From Neoconidiobolus thromboides FSU 785 (taxonomy: Eukaryota > Fungi > Entomophthoromycota), in contig MU626352.1 in the NCBI GenBank assembly GCA_025603075.1, positions 1 to 64,000 on the forward strand: a DNA stretch of 64,000 nucleotides, given 5' to 3'. The translations under genes were made by a program, and so were the position numbers. The notes under the pieces are model-generated. The model did not search any database and was not told the DNA's origin. It was given only the letters and a program-made list of their open reading frames with translations. The first letter of the stretch is position 1. Each line of letters begins with the position of its first letter. Positions 50,458 through 63,283 of the stretch are shown here, piece after piece.

Positions 50458-51136
50458 TGTTTTATTCTTTTCACTATTGTTAGCAACAATTAATATTATA
50501 TTTTTCTTTACCCAATTCTTCAATATCCCCCTTTCCTCATATTTGTTTAAGCAAGAAGTTTATTTCTGCATTTTAATCCACCTTATTCAATCTAAACTAT
50601 ATTTTATTGCCCTGTTTAGTCTTACATCTTATTCATTTGGTTTTTATGTTTGCTTTCTATCTTTTCAACGTTAATCTTATATATATTACGAATCTATTAC
50701 AATGATTTATTTTTATCATTCCATATTCAATAAACTGATTATTCAATATTATACTGTACAAATTTATTAAGTCACATTATTATGTATAAATGATTTGTTC
50801 TTTTAGTTTAGGTGCGATTAATAGGCTAATAATTTAATCAATTAACTTTATCCATAATGTAATCCCCTACTTTATTTAGTCACCACAGCCAATGAAAGTT
50901 CTTAAAATTAGGTATCTGTATTAAATAATTAGTGTATTATTCATCTATTTAACACCCTAAAAAGAATATCCAACTTTACTTGATAAAGTTAATTTGTATT
51001 TATCATATCCAATGAAATCACCATGTTATTTATATCTTTCCAATAACTTTAATTCATCAATTTTACTTACCTAGTTTATAAAGTACTGATAAATTTAGGT
51101 TTATTTGAAATATGAAAGTTTATTAAAAGGAGTTTT

Positions 51137-51239
51137 ATAAGGAGATGTATTTTTGTATTTAACAATTTTATTAACAATTTTTTCACCTAAATAACGCTTA
51201 AAAGACGGAAAAAGTGAAGTCAAAAAAACACCACCATAA
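51137..51239 (-). mobile_element. ~105-bp MITE, copy 16 (ATAA TSD)
   Basis: ATAA|GGAGATG...CACCACC|ATAA. Confidence 0.87.
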
Positions 51240-51478
51240 AATAAAACAACAGAGTTAAGTAACTCCTTTTAATTATGACCTTATCTATTTGAATTTTTGT
51301 AGCTTTAGAGTAGATAGTTTATTTTGTAAACAAAAAGCTCTAAAGTTGCTTGAATTTTTAGTTTCAAATGTGTTATTTTGCTTTAAAAATAGCTAAAATG
51401 GAATAAAATATTAAACTATAAAAATTAAAACTTCATATTATTATCGCACTGCATATGTTTTTGTATAATACAGCTAGT

Positions 51479-51584
51479 ATAAGGGGATGTGTTTTTGTGT
51501 TTAAGAATTTGCTAGCAATTTTTCTACTAAAATAGTGCTTAAAAGATGGGAAAAACAATGAAGCCAAAAAAAACAGCCCCATAA
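51479..51584 (-). mobile_element. ~105-bp MITE, copy 17 (ATAA TSD)
   Basis: ATAA|GGGGATG...CAGCCCC|ATAA. Confidence 0.9.
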
Positions 51585-52831
51585 TATGTTTATTAAAGCT
51601 AAATGTGTAATTTTATTTTAATTGACAATTTTATATTAATAAGTACTTTTGGAAACTAGCCTAAATGGGTGGATCTTGCCTCAACTGATAGAATATCAGT
51701 TCTCAATCATATAACTTTGAATGATAAACACTAACAGAGTAACCCTCAAATTTTGTAATAATGAAATAAAATTTATATTAGATACTAAAAATTACTTTTT
51801 AGTTTGAATTTAAAATTTAGATAAATTTCAGTCAACTATTCAAATCATTTCATGGCCTGATTTTAAGAATTTCAAATTTTAGTTGGCATTTTAAGATTTA
51901 TATTTAATCTAAATATATACCTATATTTATAAAATTTGAGTTATGAAGGTTTTACAAATACATGTGTCTTTTCGAGATACATGTTATTTAAGCATTTGAC
52001 ATATTTGAAAAATCGAGCTAAATGGTTGTCTCTTTTACCAATATATACCGCCTATGTTTGTAACTTAATATTTAAAATAAATATTTTAAAGTGCTTATAC
52101 AAATTCAAACTTTTGATACAATAAAATTTGAGTTTTCAATTACACCAAAACCTTCTGTAACTGATATTATATATACTCTCCTTGCTTCCATCATTGACCT
52201 ATTTGGTTGATTTTCTGGAAAAGTACCTGTCAATTAATGATTTATTCATTTTAATGTCTATCTCTTGATCCGCCAATATTATTTGCCCAATCAAACAACA
52301 ATTGGCAAAATTGGTGTTTATCCAACTAAAAAATGGTAATCTTGCATTCAAACCAACAATAGTGAAGTAGTCCGGTTTATCGATTATATTATATGCTAAA
52401 GTATTTTATTAGCCAGAGGAATAGATATATACAAACATAAAGTTTGTTATTTACTTAGAACAATTTAACTTTTTTAACATAAACATTTTATCATGTACTA
52501 TTTATTTCTTTAAAGTCCAAGTTTTCACATTTTTCGAAATTGTAGCTAGTTTTATAAAAAATAGAATTCTTTGATGAAAGTGAATTTATTTATGAGGAAG
52601 GATTCAAGTTTTAAAAAAAGTAACAATGTCTCATGTAAAGAGTGATCTATTATGAAAATCAGTTTTGCATTTATTTTTTCAAAACGAGAGTTTCTTAATA
52701 AGTTTAATATTTTGGACTTTCAAGGTACGTTTTTAGAGTAGTTTGCTTTAACGATAGAAGGATATAAAACACAAAATATAAGCCAGTATATATATAATAA
52801 GAGATCTAGTATTTAGACATACTTGAAAAAA

Positions 52832-52935
52832 ATATAGGGGTGTATTTTTTTGTTTAAGAATTTTATTACATCTTTCCACTGAAATAGCGCTTAAAAAATG
52901 AAAGAATAATGAAACTAAAAAAAACAGTCCCATAT
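52832..52935 (-). mobile_element. ~105-bp MITE, copy 18
   Basis: ATAT|AGGGGTG...CAGTCCC|ATAT. Confidence 0.87.
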
Positions 52936-53109
52936 TTTCTTTCATTTATTTTTTTTAAATTTTGTTTAACAATTTACTAAAAAAAATTATGGGAATTGAG
53001 ATTTGCAAAAGAAATAATAAAAAAAGATTTTTCTATAAAAAATTGCAGGGGTATTGCAGAGAAAAAATCGAAAATTAGCAGGCTTGTTTTGTAGTAGCAA
53101 AAAAATTAG

Positions 53110-53275
53110 AAACTTTCTTTTCCTTCAAATTTAATTATAAATAAATAAGGTTAGTTTCTATGGAAATTAAATATGATGGTTTTGAATAAAGACAACCCAA
53201 AAGTCAATATTATTCGATCGATATATACATGTTTTATAATTTATAACATTTCTAACCATGAAAAATACAATGTAG
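53110..53275 (+). promoter_or_regulatory. Pyrimidine-rich putative TSS and 5'-UTR intron of the eL28 gene
   Basis: CTTTCTTTTCCTTC at ~53113-53126; GTTAGT donor at 53150, CTAAC branch site, TAG acceptor immediately before the ATG. Confidence 0.5.
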
Positions 53276-53772
53276 ATGGTCTCTACTGATCTCCTTTGGG
53301 AAGTTACCAAACGTAACAACACTTACTTAGTTAAAAGATCTGGTGTCACTTTCTCCCGTGACCCATTAAACTTAACTAACTTACATAACCGTGCCCAAGC
53401 TGGTTTCATCCAAACCAATGTAAACAAAATGTTAAAACATAGAGAAAAATATTAACCTAATTTTGTAGGCTATCGGTTTAGTTGCTGGACCTAAAGGAGT
53501 TACAGCCCATTATACCACTGGAGCTAAAAACTTCAATAAACCAAGCAAACATTTAGTTAAAGTTAACGTACGTGCTAACCACTTCAAACAAGGACAAAAG
53601 AAGATTGTCGGTTTAGTTACCAGAAATGCTCACCGTGATGACCAATACAAGGTAAAATTTTATATTTTTATAATTTCCTAAAAGTTAATATCATTAGAAT
53701 GCTCAACTCCGTGCTTTCGCTCTTTACCGTTCTAATAACAAAAGAGTTAAGCCAACCACCAAACAAGCTTAA
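53276..53772 (+). CDS. RPL28: 60S ribosomal protein eL28 (L28e family), 3 coding exons
   Basis: MVSTDLLWEVTKRNNTYLVKRSGVTFSRDPLNLTNLH; biased codon usage; two phase-0 introns; TAA at 53770-53772. The symbol follows the eL28 (metazoan) usage. Confidence 0.93.
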
Positions 53773-54168
53773 ATCTAAAATATAGTTTTTATAAAAATGA
53801 ATTAAGTCTTTTTTATTTATGGTTTAGTTTTGTTTGTAAATTTTGGTTATTAAGTGGATTATATAATTATTTTAATATTATCAGTAAAAATAAATCCAGA
53901 AGCGAGCTAAGTTTTAGTAAAACTAACTGAATTTTTAGTTTCAAATATTTTATTAAAATTGTTATCTTCAGAAAACACGTCTGGATATAAATTTCGATAG
54001 ATATTACCTTATGCTTGCTTTAGTTTATTTTTTAATCAAACAATAAAATTTCAACTTAAATTCTCATTATTCTTAACATTTTTTATATATAATGATTATT
54101 TAATCTTTTAATTACATAAGTTCAACTTTTTTAGATAAATGCAAAAAAAATAGGGGTCAAAATTATTT

Positions 54169-57100
54169 ATGAAAATGTTTTTAAATTATTTTATTCATAG
54201 AAATTTACAAGTAATAAGAATTTCCCGATGCTTTCTAGTTAGCAAAAGAAAAGTAAATTTAGTTACAAAGGATAAGGAGTTGGGGAATTTGCTTCTTCAA
54301 GATGTTGGGAAAATAAATGCTGAACAGGATCCAGTAGATTTAGACTTACCTTCTAGTAAATTACTACAGACAGTGAAAAAATACCAACTTGATAATAAAA
54401 ACCAAGTGGCTTTAATAAGAGTTGGAGATTTCTATGAGGTAGCATCATATTATTATTACTATAATTTATTAAATTTTATTAGATGTACTATGATCAAGCT
54501 GAACAAATTGGTGAACTTTTAGGATTGGCTGTAGTAAAGAAAAAAGTAAAAGAGCATGTATTTTCATTTACTGGGTTTCCAGCAAAAAGTTTAGAAAGAC
54601 AGTTAGAAAAGCTTATTTCCCATGAGTTAGATGTTGCCATATTAGAACAATACCAAGATGAAATTACAAAGCAATTTTATAGAAAAGTGGATAGAATTTA
54701 TACAAAAGGAACATTAATCGACCTTCCATTCCTAGACACCTCCAAATGCAATTACTTATTAAGTTTATACAGGAAAGGAAATGATATTAGTATGTCATGG
54801 TTAGATGTTACAACTGGAGAGTTTTTTATTTCAAGCAGTAAAATCGAAAATTTATTAAATGATTTAGCTGTTATTAAGCCTAAAGAAATCATATTACTGG
54901 AAGAAGAAACGGAGTTAATCAAGCTATTAAAGGGGTATAAACTAAGTTTTGAAAGTAAGGAATTATTCTTAAATAAGAAAATAAAAGGCATTCGAAAGAT
55001 ACAGAAGGAAATAAAGCTGTATACAAAGTTGGAACAAAAAGCAGCTAATGGTATTATCAATTATTTTGATAAAGTGATGGGGAATAAAGAAATCAAATTT
55101 GAATTAAACGTTAATAAAAAAGACGAACAAACTGTTAAAATGGATAAAAGCACAATTGATAGTTTAGAGATATTTGGCGGAAAAAATAGTGTGTATAACT
55201 TACTCAATAAAACAATCACCAAAGGGGGATCTCGCTTGCTTTATCATTACCTATCGAACCCATCAACTGATATTAGCTTGATTGAAACTAGATTGAACCT
55301 AATAGAAGTATTTATATTCAATAAAATCATAATTAATAAAATAAGACAAAGTCTAAAAAAGACTAAGGATGCCCAATATGCTATTCAAAAATTATCTTTA
55401 AATCTAGGTTCTTTTTCGGAACTTTTGGATATTTACAATATGCTTCAAGTAGCTGAAGAATTAAATAAATTATTAGGAGAATATAAAAATCAAAGTATCA
55501 TAAAGGGATTAACAAAGAAGCTAAATTTCAAAAGCGAATTGTTAGATATTACTAAAAATACGTTGCAAATAAATGACATGGAGGTTAAAATTAATTATGA
55601 GTAAGTCAATCGCTTTAATAAGATAGTGTTTAATTTCTTCTTTAGATCTGATAAGCAGTTGTTAAATTTTCAGCAGCAACATGAAAAGCTAATTACTCAG
55701 AAAGAGGACTTGGAATTGAATTTAAGAGAATTATTGAGTACACCTAATATAATATATAAAATGATTTGATACTTATTATATGATAGATTGTAAATCATTA
55801 AAATTAGTTACATTTGGCAATTTGGCACACATCGTTGAGATTAGTTCTAGAGACCATAACAAATTTGAAGATAACAAAAGTGAACTAAAATCACCACCAA
55901 CTCTATTTCAGTCCTTGAAAGGAAAATACCGATATTACGTTGAGGTAATTTAAATTTTAGATAAACAGGAACAATAATAATATGTTGTAGGATTGGTCCA
56001 AATTAGCAACTGAGATTGAAGCTATAAATTTAGATATTATGAACCGTGAAAAGGTTGTACTAAATGATTTAATTCAAAAAGTAATTTAGCCTAAAAATAT
56101 CAAAACAAGTACTGATATGGTATTTTAGATATTGAAAAGTAAAGAGTCAATTATCGAAATGAGTAAAACTATATCCGAAATTGATTTAAGTAGTACAATG
56201 GCCATGCTGAGTGATGAATATCAATTAAATAGGCCAAAATTAGTCCATGATGAGCAGGTAAAAATGATGAATTGTCGACATTTAACAGTAGAGCAAAGTT
56301 TATTAAAAAAAAGTAAATTATTTACTAATAACGATATCCTTTTGGACAGTAATCAAATATTGGTTTTAACTGGACCTAACATGGGTGGTAAAAGTACTTT
56401 TTTAAGAATGGTAGCTATTAACATTATACTGGCACAATGTGGATTTTTTATACCAGCTGAAAATGCGGTAATTGGTGTCACGGATGCTGTTTATTCGAGA
56501 GTACTATTATTGTACTTATTTGTTGTTATATGGTTTTTTAATTAATTAGATAGGCACAGGCGATAACTTAACCAATGAACAATCTACCTTTATGATTGAA
56601 ATGCAGGAAGCAGGAGATATATTAAAGAAGACAAGTAGAAAGTCACTAGTAATTATTGATGAAATAGGTAGAGGCACTTCACCTCTGGAAGGGGAAGCTA
56701 TTGCATATGGTATATTATTAGAATTGCAAAATCAAATTCAATGCCGAACTCTATTTGCAACCCATTTCCAGAATTTAGCCAACAATTTCCAAGAGTTGGG
56801 GTTAAATAAATGTGTCAACTTTCACAGTGAAGTAATCGAATTGGAGGTATAAAATTTAATATTGATTTTCTAATTAGACTTAAATTATTAGAACAATTCG
56901 TTTACCTTTTTGCATAAACTGAAACCAGGGGCTGCTTCTGACTCAGCTGCTTTAAAAACTGCCCGCTTAGCAGGTATTCCAGAAAATGCTTTGATTGAGG
57001 CAAATAGTTACTTAGAGAAATTAAATCGAAACTCGCTTTCTGGTAATCAAAAGGTAAATTTTTGTATATTATTAAATCAATCCTGACATTTTTAATAGTT

Positions 57101-57309
57101 GCCACCTAATAATTTAGTATCTAAAGAGGTAATGTGTTTTAATTTTATGTAGTAGCATTTATTTACTTACTTTCGTTAGCTTTCAAAGGTAGATCTAAAC
57201 GCACTTTCACCTATTGAAGGTAATTATTATTATTATCATTATGAATTAGATTTTACGTTTACACATTTCAGCGCTTCTATTTTTGAAGAAATTAAAAGAG
57301 CTATTATGA
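54169..57309 (+). CDS. MSH1: Mitochondrial MutS homolog 1 (multi-exon)
   Basis: Presequence-like N-terminus; LIRVGDFYE|MYYDQA, FTGFP, RKVDRIYTKGT, TGPNMGGKSTFLR, STFMIEM, IIDEIGRGTS, TLFATHF. Confidence 0.92.
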
Positions 57310-58669
57310 TTGAAAGTTATAAGTTACTCTGGAAATTATCTTAAATAGTAAATTATAAATAAAATTCGAATGAAATCATTTAATTTTTGACATTTTTAAA
57401 TGTTCGTTTAATTCATATATTCAACTATAATTTGATTTTGATTATCTCAACAGTGGACTATTCCTCAAAAACTAACTCTAAAAATGATTTTATCTAGTCT
57501 AAAAAGTTTTTTTCCTTCCATTACCTTACTTTATTTTGTTTTCCTTGATTTTCATTGTTTTAGCAGAGTAAATTAATATGAAATCTGATTGGCTCTTCCG
57601 AGATTTGTAAAGTACATTCAGAAATAACAACCTAAGCCTTTGAATACCAAAAACGAATTAAATGCAAAAATTTTCAGATCGAAATAAAATCATCATAAGA
57701 GCTAGATTCATTGTCTAACTTAGCCCTAATTGGGCAAAAATCTGCTTCAATAGTAAAAGGTTAAAAAATTCTGGCCCAATCAAACAGAGTTTTTGAAAAC
57801 TTGTTATTCAAAGGGTTAGAAATGAAGATAACTTGAAAATAAATTTAAAATTGTAAATATTAATTCATTAATTCATTCATTCGTTTAGCATCTTGTTAAA
57901 ATATTTTTTGATAAAACTAACCTTTTATATCATTAATTAAAATCTAAATTGACAACCTAACTTAAATCTCACTTTAAAATTAGTTTATGAATTAATTAAA
58001 AGGAATATTTTGAATGAGAATGTTTTTTTACCAAGATCAATTTTGTTAAAACAAGCATATAAAGCATCCTTTAAACTTATTTAGTTTCATTACTGCTATA
58101 TTAAAATGATTTTAATTCTTAAATCTTTAAATTGAACAAAATATTACTTGTTATAAATAATCGATCGTACATTAAACATTTATTTAAAACACTATATATA
58201 TTTGGTAAATACTTAAATGTACTTATTAGAGACTATTCACCTAATTTAAATTGGTTTAGTTATAATTTATTTCACTTTAATTAATATTTGATTACGCAAG
58301 CTTGCTTTTTATCCCTCCAATAAAATTAAATTTTTTAAAAATAAGTTTTATTTTAGAGCCACAAAATTATTATTAGTTAAATTTACCACTCTTTTTAATA
58401 AAGGACAAGCAAAAATTTACCATAAATAAAATGAGTCTTTTTAAAATAATATAGTGGAGTCAAAAATAAAAACTAACAAATTTATTAAAGCTTGAGCCTT
58501 TAATAAAAATCAAGAAATTAAATTAAAAGTTCAATAAACTAAGAATGACCTTAAATATATAAGATTAAATGAATAGAGCCATAAATTTTATAGCTGAGGA
58601 TGTTGAAGCCAAATAGACATATATAGATCAAATTGATAGTTGAACATTACATTGGGTTATTTTTATGGT

Positions 58670-60520
58670 TTACGAAAAATACTCAGAATGTCCAAATGGG
58701 TCCATTCCCATAATAGATTCAAGGGAACCAGTAAGGTCATCTTCATTAAGACCAGAGGCTGCTGAGATCCCAGATGTTTTGGGAGGACTAGTGTGGGCCT
58801 CAAGACCTGAAAGAGCATTATCAAAATTAAAAGTATAGTCTCCATCATTAATATATGATTCAAATGATACTTTGTCGACTTTAGATCCATTACTGGTTGG
58901 TGGTGAAGCTTTTTTATCACTAGTACGTGGTTGGATTTGTTGTGGGGTTGCATGAATACTAGTAGTGTTACCTTGGTTACCACCATTTGGAGTGTTTGTA
59001 TTAAGCTCCATAAACATACTTTCAAAGTTAATGCTATTACTATCCAAATCCACAATCTTATTAGTATCCCCTGATTGTGATTGCATTTGAACTTGAGGAG
59101 TGGCGCTAACTTTAGCTTGAGTTTGATTTGAGCCTTGATTTGAGCCTTGATTTGGGGCTTGGCTTTGGTTTGGATTGAAATTCATATTACCTTGTTGCAT
59201 AGGGTTTTGCATTCCATTTGGTCCCATATGTTGTTGCATTGCCTGATTCATCTGCTGGTGCTGCATTACCTGCTGTTGACTCATACCCTGTTGTTGCATT
59301 GCCTGGTGCATCATATTTTGTTGCATTAAAGCGTTCATTTGTTGCATTTGCTGGAGACTAGACATTTGATTGGGGTCTATTGGGGCTGAAGCAGAATTGG
59401 GTCCTTGCCCAGGAGTATTCTGAGAATTTTGGGCCTTCATTGCTTGAGCCTGTTTGTGATGCTCTACAAAAGCAGCTTGCTGAATTTGCATGTTATTACG
59501 GGTTTGCATGTTTTGATTACCTTGAGCATAAGGACGCATCATCCTTGGATTAACCATAAGCTGTCCATTGCTATTAATTCCAATTTGACGCTGAAAGTTT
59601 TGCTGGGCTACAAATTGTTGCTGTTGGAAAGCATGCATCTGTCCTTGAAGATTACGCATCAAAGCAGGGTTGTTCGCCATCATAGTATTGGGACGTGACA
59701 TGTTTGCCAATAAGGCTGGGTTGACTTGATTTGGTTGCATCATTTGTGGATTACCTTGATTTGGTTGCATCATTTGTGGGTTCCCCTGATTGGGTTGCAT
59801 TACCTGTGGAGTGCCTTGCATTACTTGTAGGTTGTTTGGCATGTTTTGTCCGGGAGTTCCCATTGGATTTTGATTAGGATGAGGTGGGCCATTTTGACTT
59901 GCCCCTGGTCCATTAGGGCCATTACCTGGCCAAGCTTGAATTGGAAAATTATTAGGTGGGATTGAAATAGTTTGAGGACGAGCTGGAGTGCCAACATTGT
60001 TTTGGGTTGATGGGGTAGCTGATCCTTGAGGATTTCTTGGTGTCTTATTAGCATTACCATTTTTTGGTGTGGCACCTGGAGGAGGGTTTTGAGGAATTGT
60101 ATAGCCTTGTTCATCCTTGACGATTTGTTGATCAGGTCTACCATTTTGCTGCTTGGAAGGAGCTTGTTGGTGAGTAAGGTCGCTTCCACCGTTAGGAAAT
60201 TCATCTTTGACCTTATTGGCTTTAAGTTTTTCAATTGAAGGCTCGTTTGATAAAATATCGTCAACCAACTTCCTCACTCTTACATCTTTATTGTCAGTCT
60301 GGGTACGACTATCAAGATACATAACCCAAAAAGGCTCGAACCAATCTTGTAAAAAGATAACACCGCCCTCAGCAACTTCTTTAGCAGCAATCTGTGCTTC
60401 GACAATAAAAGCAGCTGCGGCACTTACATGATTTTTTTTGATGAGATAATCATATATAAAGGTGGCAAGTGCCTTGTCTGGGTCTTCAATAAGCGGAATA
60501 GGATTTGTGTAAGTTTTCAT
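58670..60520 (-). CDS. LisH-domain Q/N/M-rich transcriptional regulator (Flo8/Mss11/Som1/SSDP-like)
   Basis: N-terminal LATFIYDYLIKKNHVSAAAAFIVEA..FLQDWFEPFW; long Q/M/N/P low-complexity region; acidic C-terminus. Confidence 0.85.
   Translation of the reverse strand: MKTYTNPIPLIEDPDKALATFIYDYLIKKNHVSAAAAFIVEAQIAAKEVAEGGVIFLQDWFEPFWVMYLDSRTQTDNKDVRVRKLVDDILSNEPSIEKLKANKVKDEFPNGGSDLTHQQAPSKQQNGRPDQQIVKDEQGYTIPQNPPPGATPKNGNANKTPRNPQGSATPSTQNNVGTPARPQTISIPPNNFPIQAWPGNGPNGPGASQNGPPHPNQNPMGTPGQNMPNNLQVMQGTPQVMQPNQGNPQMMQPNQGNPQMMQPNQVNPALLANMSRPNTMMANNPALMRNLQGQMHAFQQQQFVAQQNFQRQIGINSNGQLMVNPRMMRPYAQGNQNMQTRNNMQIQQAAFVEHHKQAQAMKAQNSQNTPGQGPNSASAPIDPNQMSSLQQMQQMNALMQQNMMHQAMQQQGMSQQQVMQHQQMNQAMQQHMGPNGMQNPMQQGNMNFNPNQSQAPNQGSNQGSNQTQAKVSATPQVQMQSQSGDTNKIVDLDSNSINFESMFMELNTNTPNGGNQGNTTSIHATPQQIQPRTSDKKASPPTSNGSKVDKVSFESYINDGDYTFNFDNALSGLEAHTSPPKTSGISAASGLNEDDLTGSLESIMGMDPFGHSEYFS
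59725..59815 (-). repeat. 30-bp coding tandem repeat (QMMQPNQGNP, about 3 units)
   Basis: PQVMQPNQGNPQMMQPNQGNPQMMQPNQVNP. Confidence 0.85.
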
Positions 60521-60839
60521 CTTCGAACCAAGTGTTTATTAAAGTGGCGCTTAAAGACAAAAATGCTAATAAACAGTAAATTACTAGATTGAAATTAAAC
60601 TTTGAATAGAAAAAACAAAATAAAATCTTTTATAGCTAAGCACCCCCTAATTTTGCAGCTTTAAAATAAGGAAAGATTTGAAAAAATGGGCAAATTAATT
60701 ATATTGAATTTTAATAATCTGATTTTAATCTACTAATAAAATAACATTTAATGCCAAAAAACTCCTTAAAATCCACAAATTAAATGTGATTATATGTTAA
60801 AAAGTCATAATTTCTTCCCAAAAATAATTGTTTGAAAAT

Positions 60840-61052
60840 GATTGGTAGAGTCGCTTTATGAAATTAACCAATGAAATCTCGCAATCTAGGAGAGTTATCC
60901 TGTGATTGGTATAGTCGTTAGAGTCAATTTTCTTTACCCAATTAAAACTCGCATATTTAATTAGCATGTTTCAAACGCTATTATGCTTGTCTAAATAAAG
61001 TCAATCAACTTTAATATAACTTTACCAACTCAAACACTCGGGTTTTATTGGC
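60840..61052. promoter_or_regulatory. CCAAT-box cluster upstream of the LisH gene
   Basis: GATTGGTAGAGTCG (60840) and GATTGGTATAGTCG (~60904) direct repeat; CCAAT at ~60868 and ~60938; ATTGG at ~61047. Confidence 0.45.
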
Positions 61053-63283
61053 TATGTCTAAAACTTGGTTTCAATTTAACATTTTTTTTTAATATATTTT
61101 CATGTGAGAAAAAATCATAACACTATTTAAATATCAACATTCTATTATACTACGACTCTACCTTTCCTTCTATCTTTTCTTTAATAATACTTCTTTTTTT
61201 AGAGATAAGCTATTTGATAACTTTTTAGTCCTTTAAAAGTTTTAAATAAACTACTCAAGCGAAGAATTATACTACGATGCTATACAATGTTAGCATAAAA
61301 TTAAGTTTATATGATAAAACGTTTAAAAGCTGATAAACAAAGTTAAAGTATGAAAATTAGACTATGATCTTTACGGTATATCACTCTATTTAAACTTGTT
61401 ACAAATTGCTCAAATCGTTAATGCTGTAATGTAATTTAATATTTTAATATTTGTGTTATTTTAAACTTTTTCCAATAACATATTCTTTTTTTTCTCATAA
61501 GCCTGAGAGCATGTTTATTGCAGTATTTAAGATATCTATTTAAATTCAAGTGTAATACGTATAGCTGTCATTTTTATAACCACTAATTTGTATTGTCATG
61601 CTGATTTAAAGTTTAAATTCATATTCTTAAATAAGTGGTTGACTAGCACACATTTGAACCTAAACAGTTCCAAATTGACTAATTTTGTTAAACCTCAAAA
61701 GAGTGAAGCTTCCAAGTATTTTACTATTAAAGATAAAAATTATTTGGAATTTAATCTATTACATTAATAGATTAATGGATGAGGAGCAGTAGGAGATCAA
61801 TGAGCAGGAACTATTTGAAAAGTAGGAAATCATCTGATTCTAGCTTATTCGGCTTTTGATTTGAGTAAATTATACTTAATATCTAAGTAATCTAGTTTGT
61901 ACGGTTCTGCTCAAGTGTGAAATAAAACACACCTTTCTTGAAAATATTTTTTTATCTAAACAAAAGTAGCACTTTGATTATTAAAGGATAATTTATACGG
62001 GTGTAACGAATTATCAATACCTCGTTACTATGATAAAGGTTAAGGTGAGAGTAAGAAAGAAGGAAATGTCAAGAGAAGTTGGTCAAAGCTATCGGAAGGT
62101 ACATTGGAGTGAAAGTATTATTTAGCTTTTTCACTGTATAAAAATAGATACAAAAGGAAACCAAAAAGACATATACTTGTTAATACTTTTTTAATCTAAT
62201 AAAAAAAATAAATACATATACTAAGCTTTTCAAATTTAACTTATTAATATATCTAACGTTTCTTTATTTATTTATAATAATTAAATTTTTTATATATTAT
62301 TGTTATTCTAAAGCTTGAATAACTGATTTTAAGTAATGTGTTTATTGATTTATCTTTTAACTCTTGATTCACTGAAAGTTAATCAAGCTATTATTGCATA
62401 AAAGAATATTATTTTTAAAATGTTATTATAACTACTCTTTAAATTGGTGCCACTTTAATTCCAAATTTAGGTTATTACTTTTGAAAACCCGAGCATTTGT
62501 TCTAAAAAGTTTAATTTATTATTATCCTTTAAACCAAGGTAGAGTTTAACTTGAAAGTTCAGCTTTTAAAAGTTACTTTTAGAGACAATATTTTCATTTT
62601 GATTATTGATTCTTATATTCATAGAAATGTATTATTTTGTTTACCATTTCAAAATCAAGTTTAATTAAATGAATTTAATGTTATGAAGCTTTAAATTTTA
62701 GTAATGTAAATAGTTAATATCCATAAATCGGGACTATAATATTAACAATGATGCGCTTTGAAGAGAAATCATCAAGGTATCTAAGAGCAGCGTCGATTTC
62801 ACTAATCAAACCATAACATCATAAAGAGTTGCGTGTATTGATATTGAAGCTAACAACTTGAAAGCACTAAGCTTTATTTCGTTTTATTATCATCGCTAAT
62901 TCCCTTTGGGAATAATTAACTTAAATAGTAAACTGCAATAGATCTTAATTAATAGAATAAATAAATAATACAAATAGACTATCTTTTTACCCAATATAAC
63001 TATAGCCCAATTACCTCATTAGTATTCTATTAATTAATACTTCATGCTTTAAACAGTATTGAATGTGAAGTTGGCAAATGTTTATTATCAAATCAAACGC
63101 CAAATATAATAAATTATTAGTTATAACCTTTAAACATTGATTAAAGTCAAGAATATGATAATAAATCAAAGCCACGAATACATTAATAGTGATAATAAAT
63201 TAAAACTATATATAAGGAAAATTCAATGAGACAATTATTAAAAATATGGTAAAGTTATAAGTTATTTATTAGTTGTATAGTAC

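Noticed and set aside
51936-52163. GTTA(T/CA)GAAGGTTTT imperfect inverted repeat
   Set aside because: No TSD and no second full copy in the window.
54752-55060. Antisense or alternate-frame ORFs in MSH1, URB1 (40879-41100), the Zn-cluster gene (45392-45655) and YcnI (28094-28387)
   Set aside because: They overlap well-supported genes and have no recognisable features.
58663-60431. Several overlapping ORFs in and antisense to the LisH gene
   Set aside because: Shadow frames of a GC-richer low-complexity CDS with no independent motifs.
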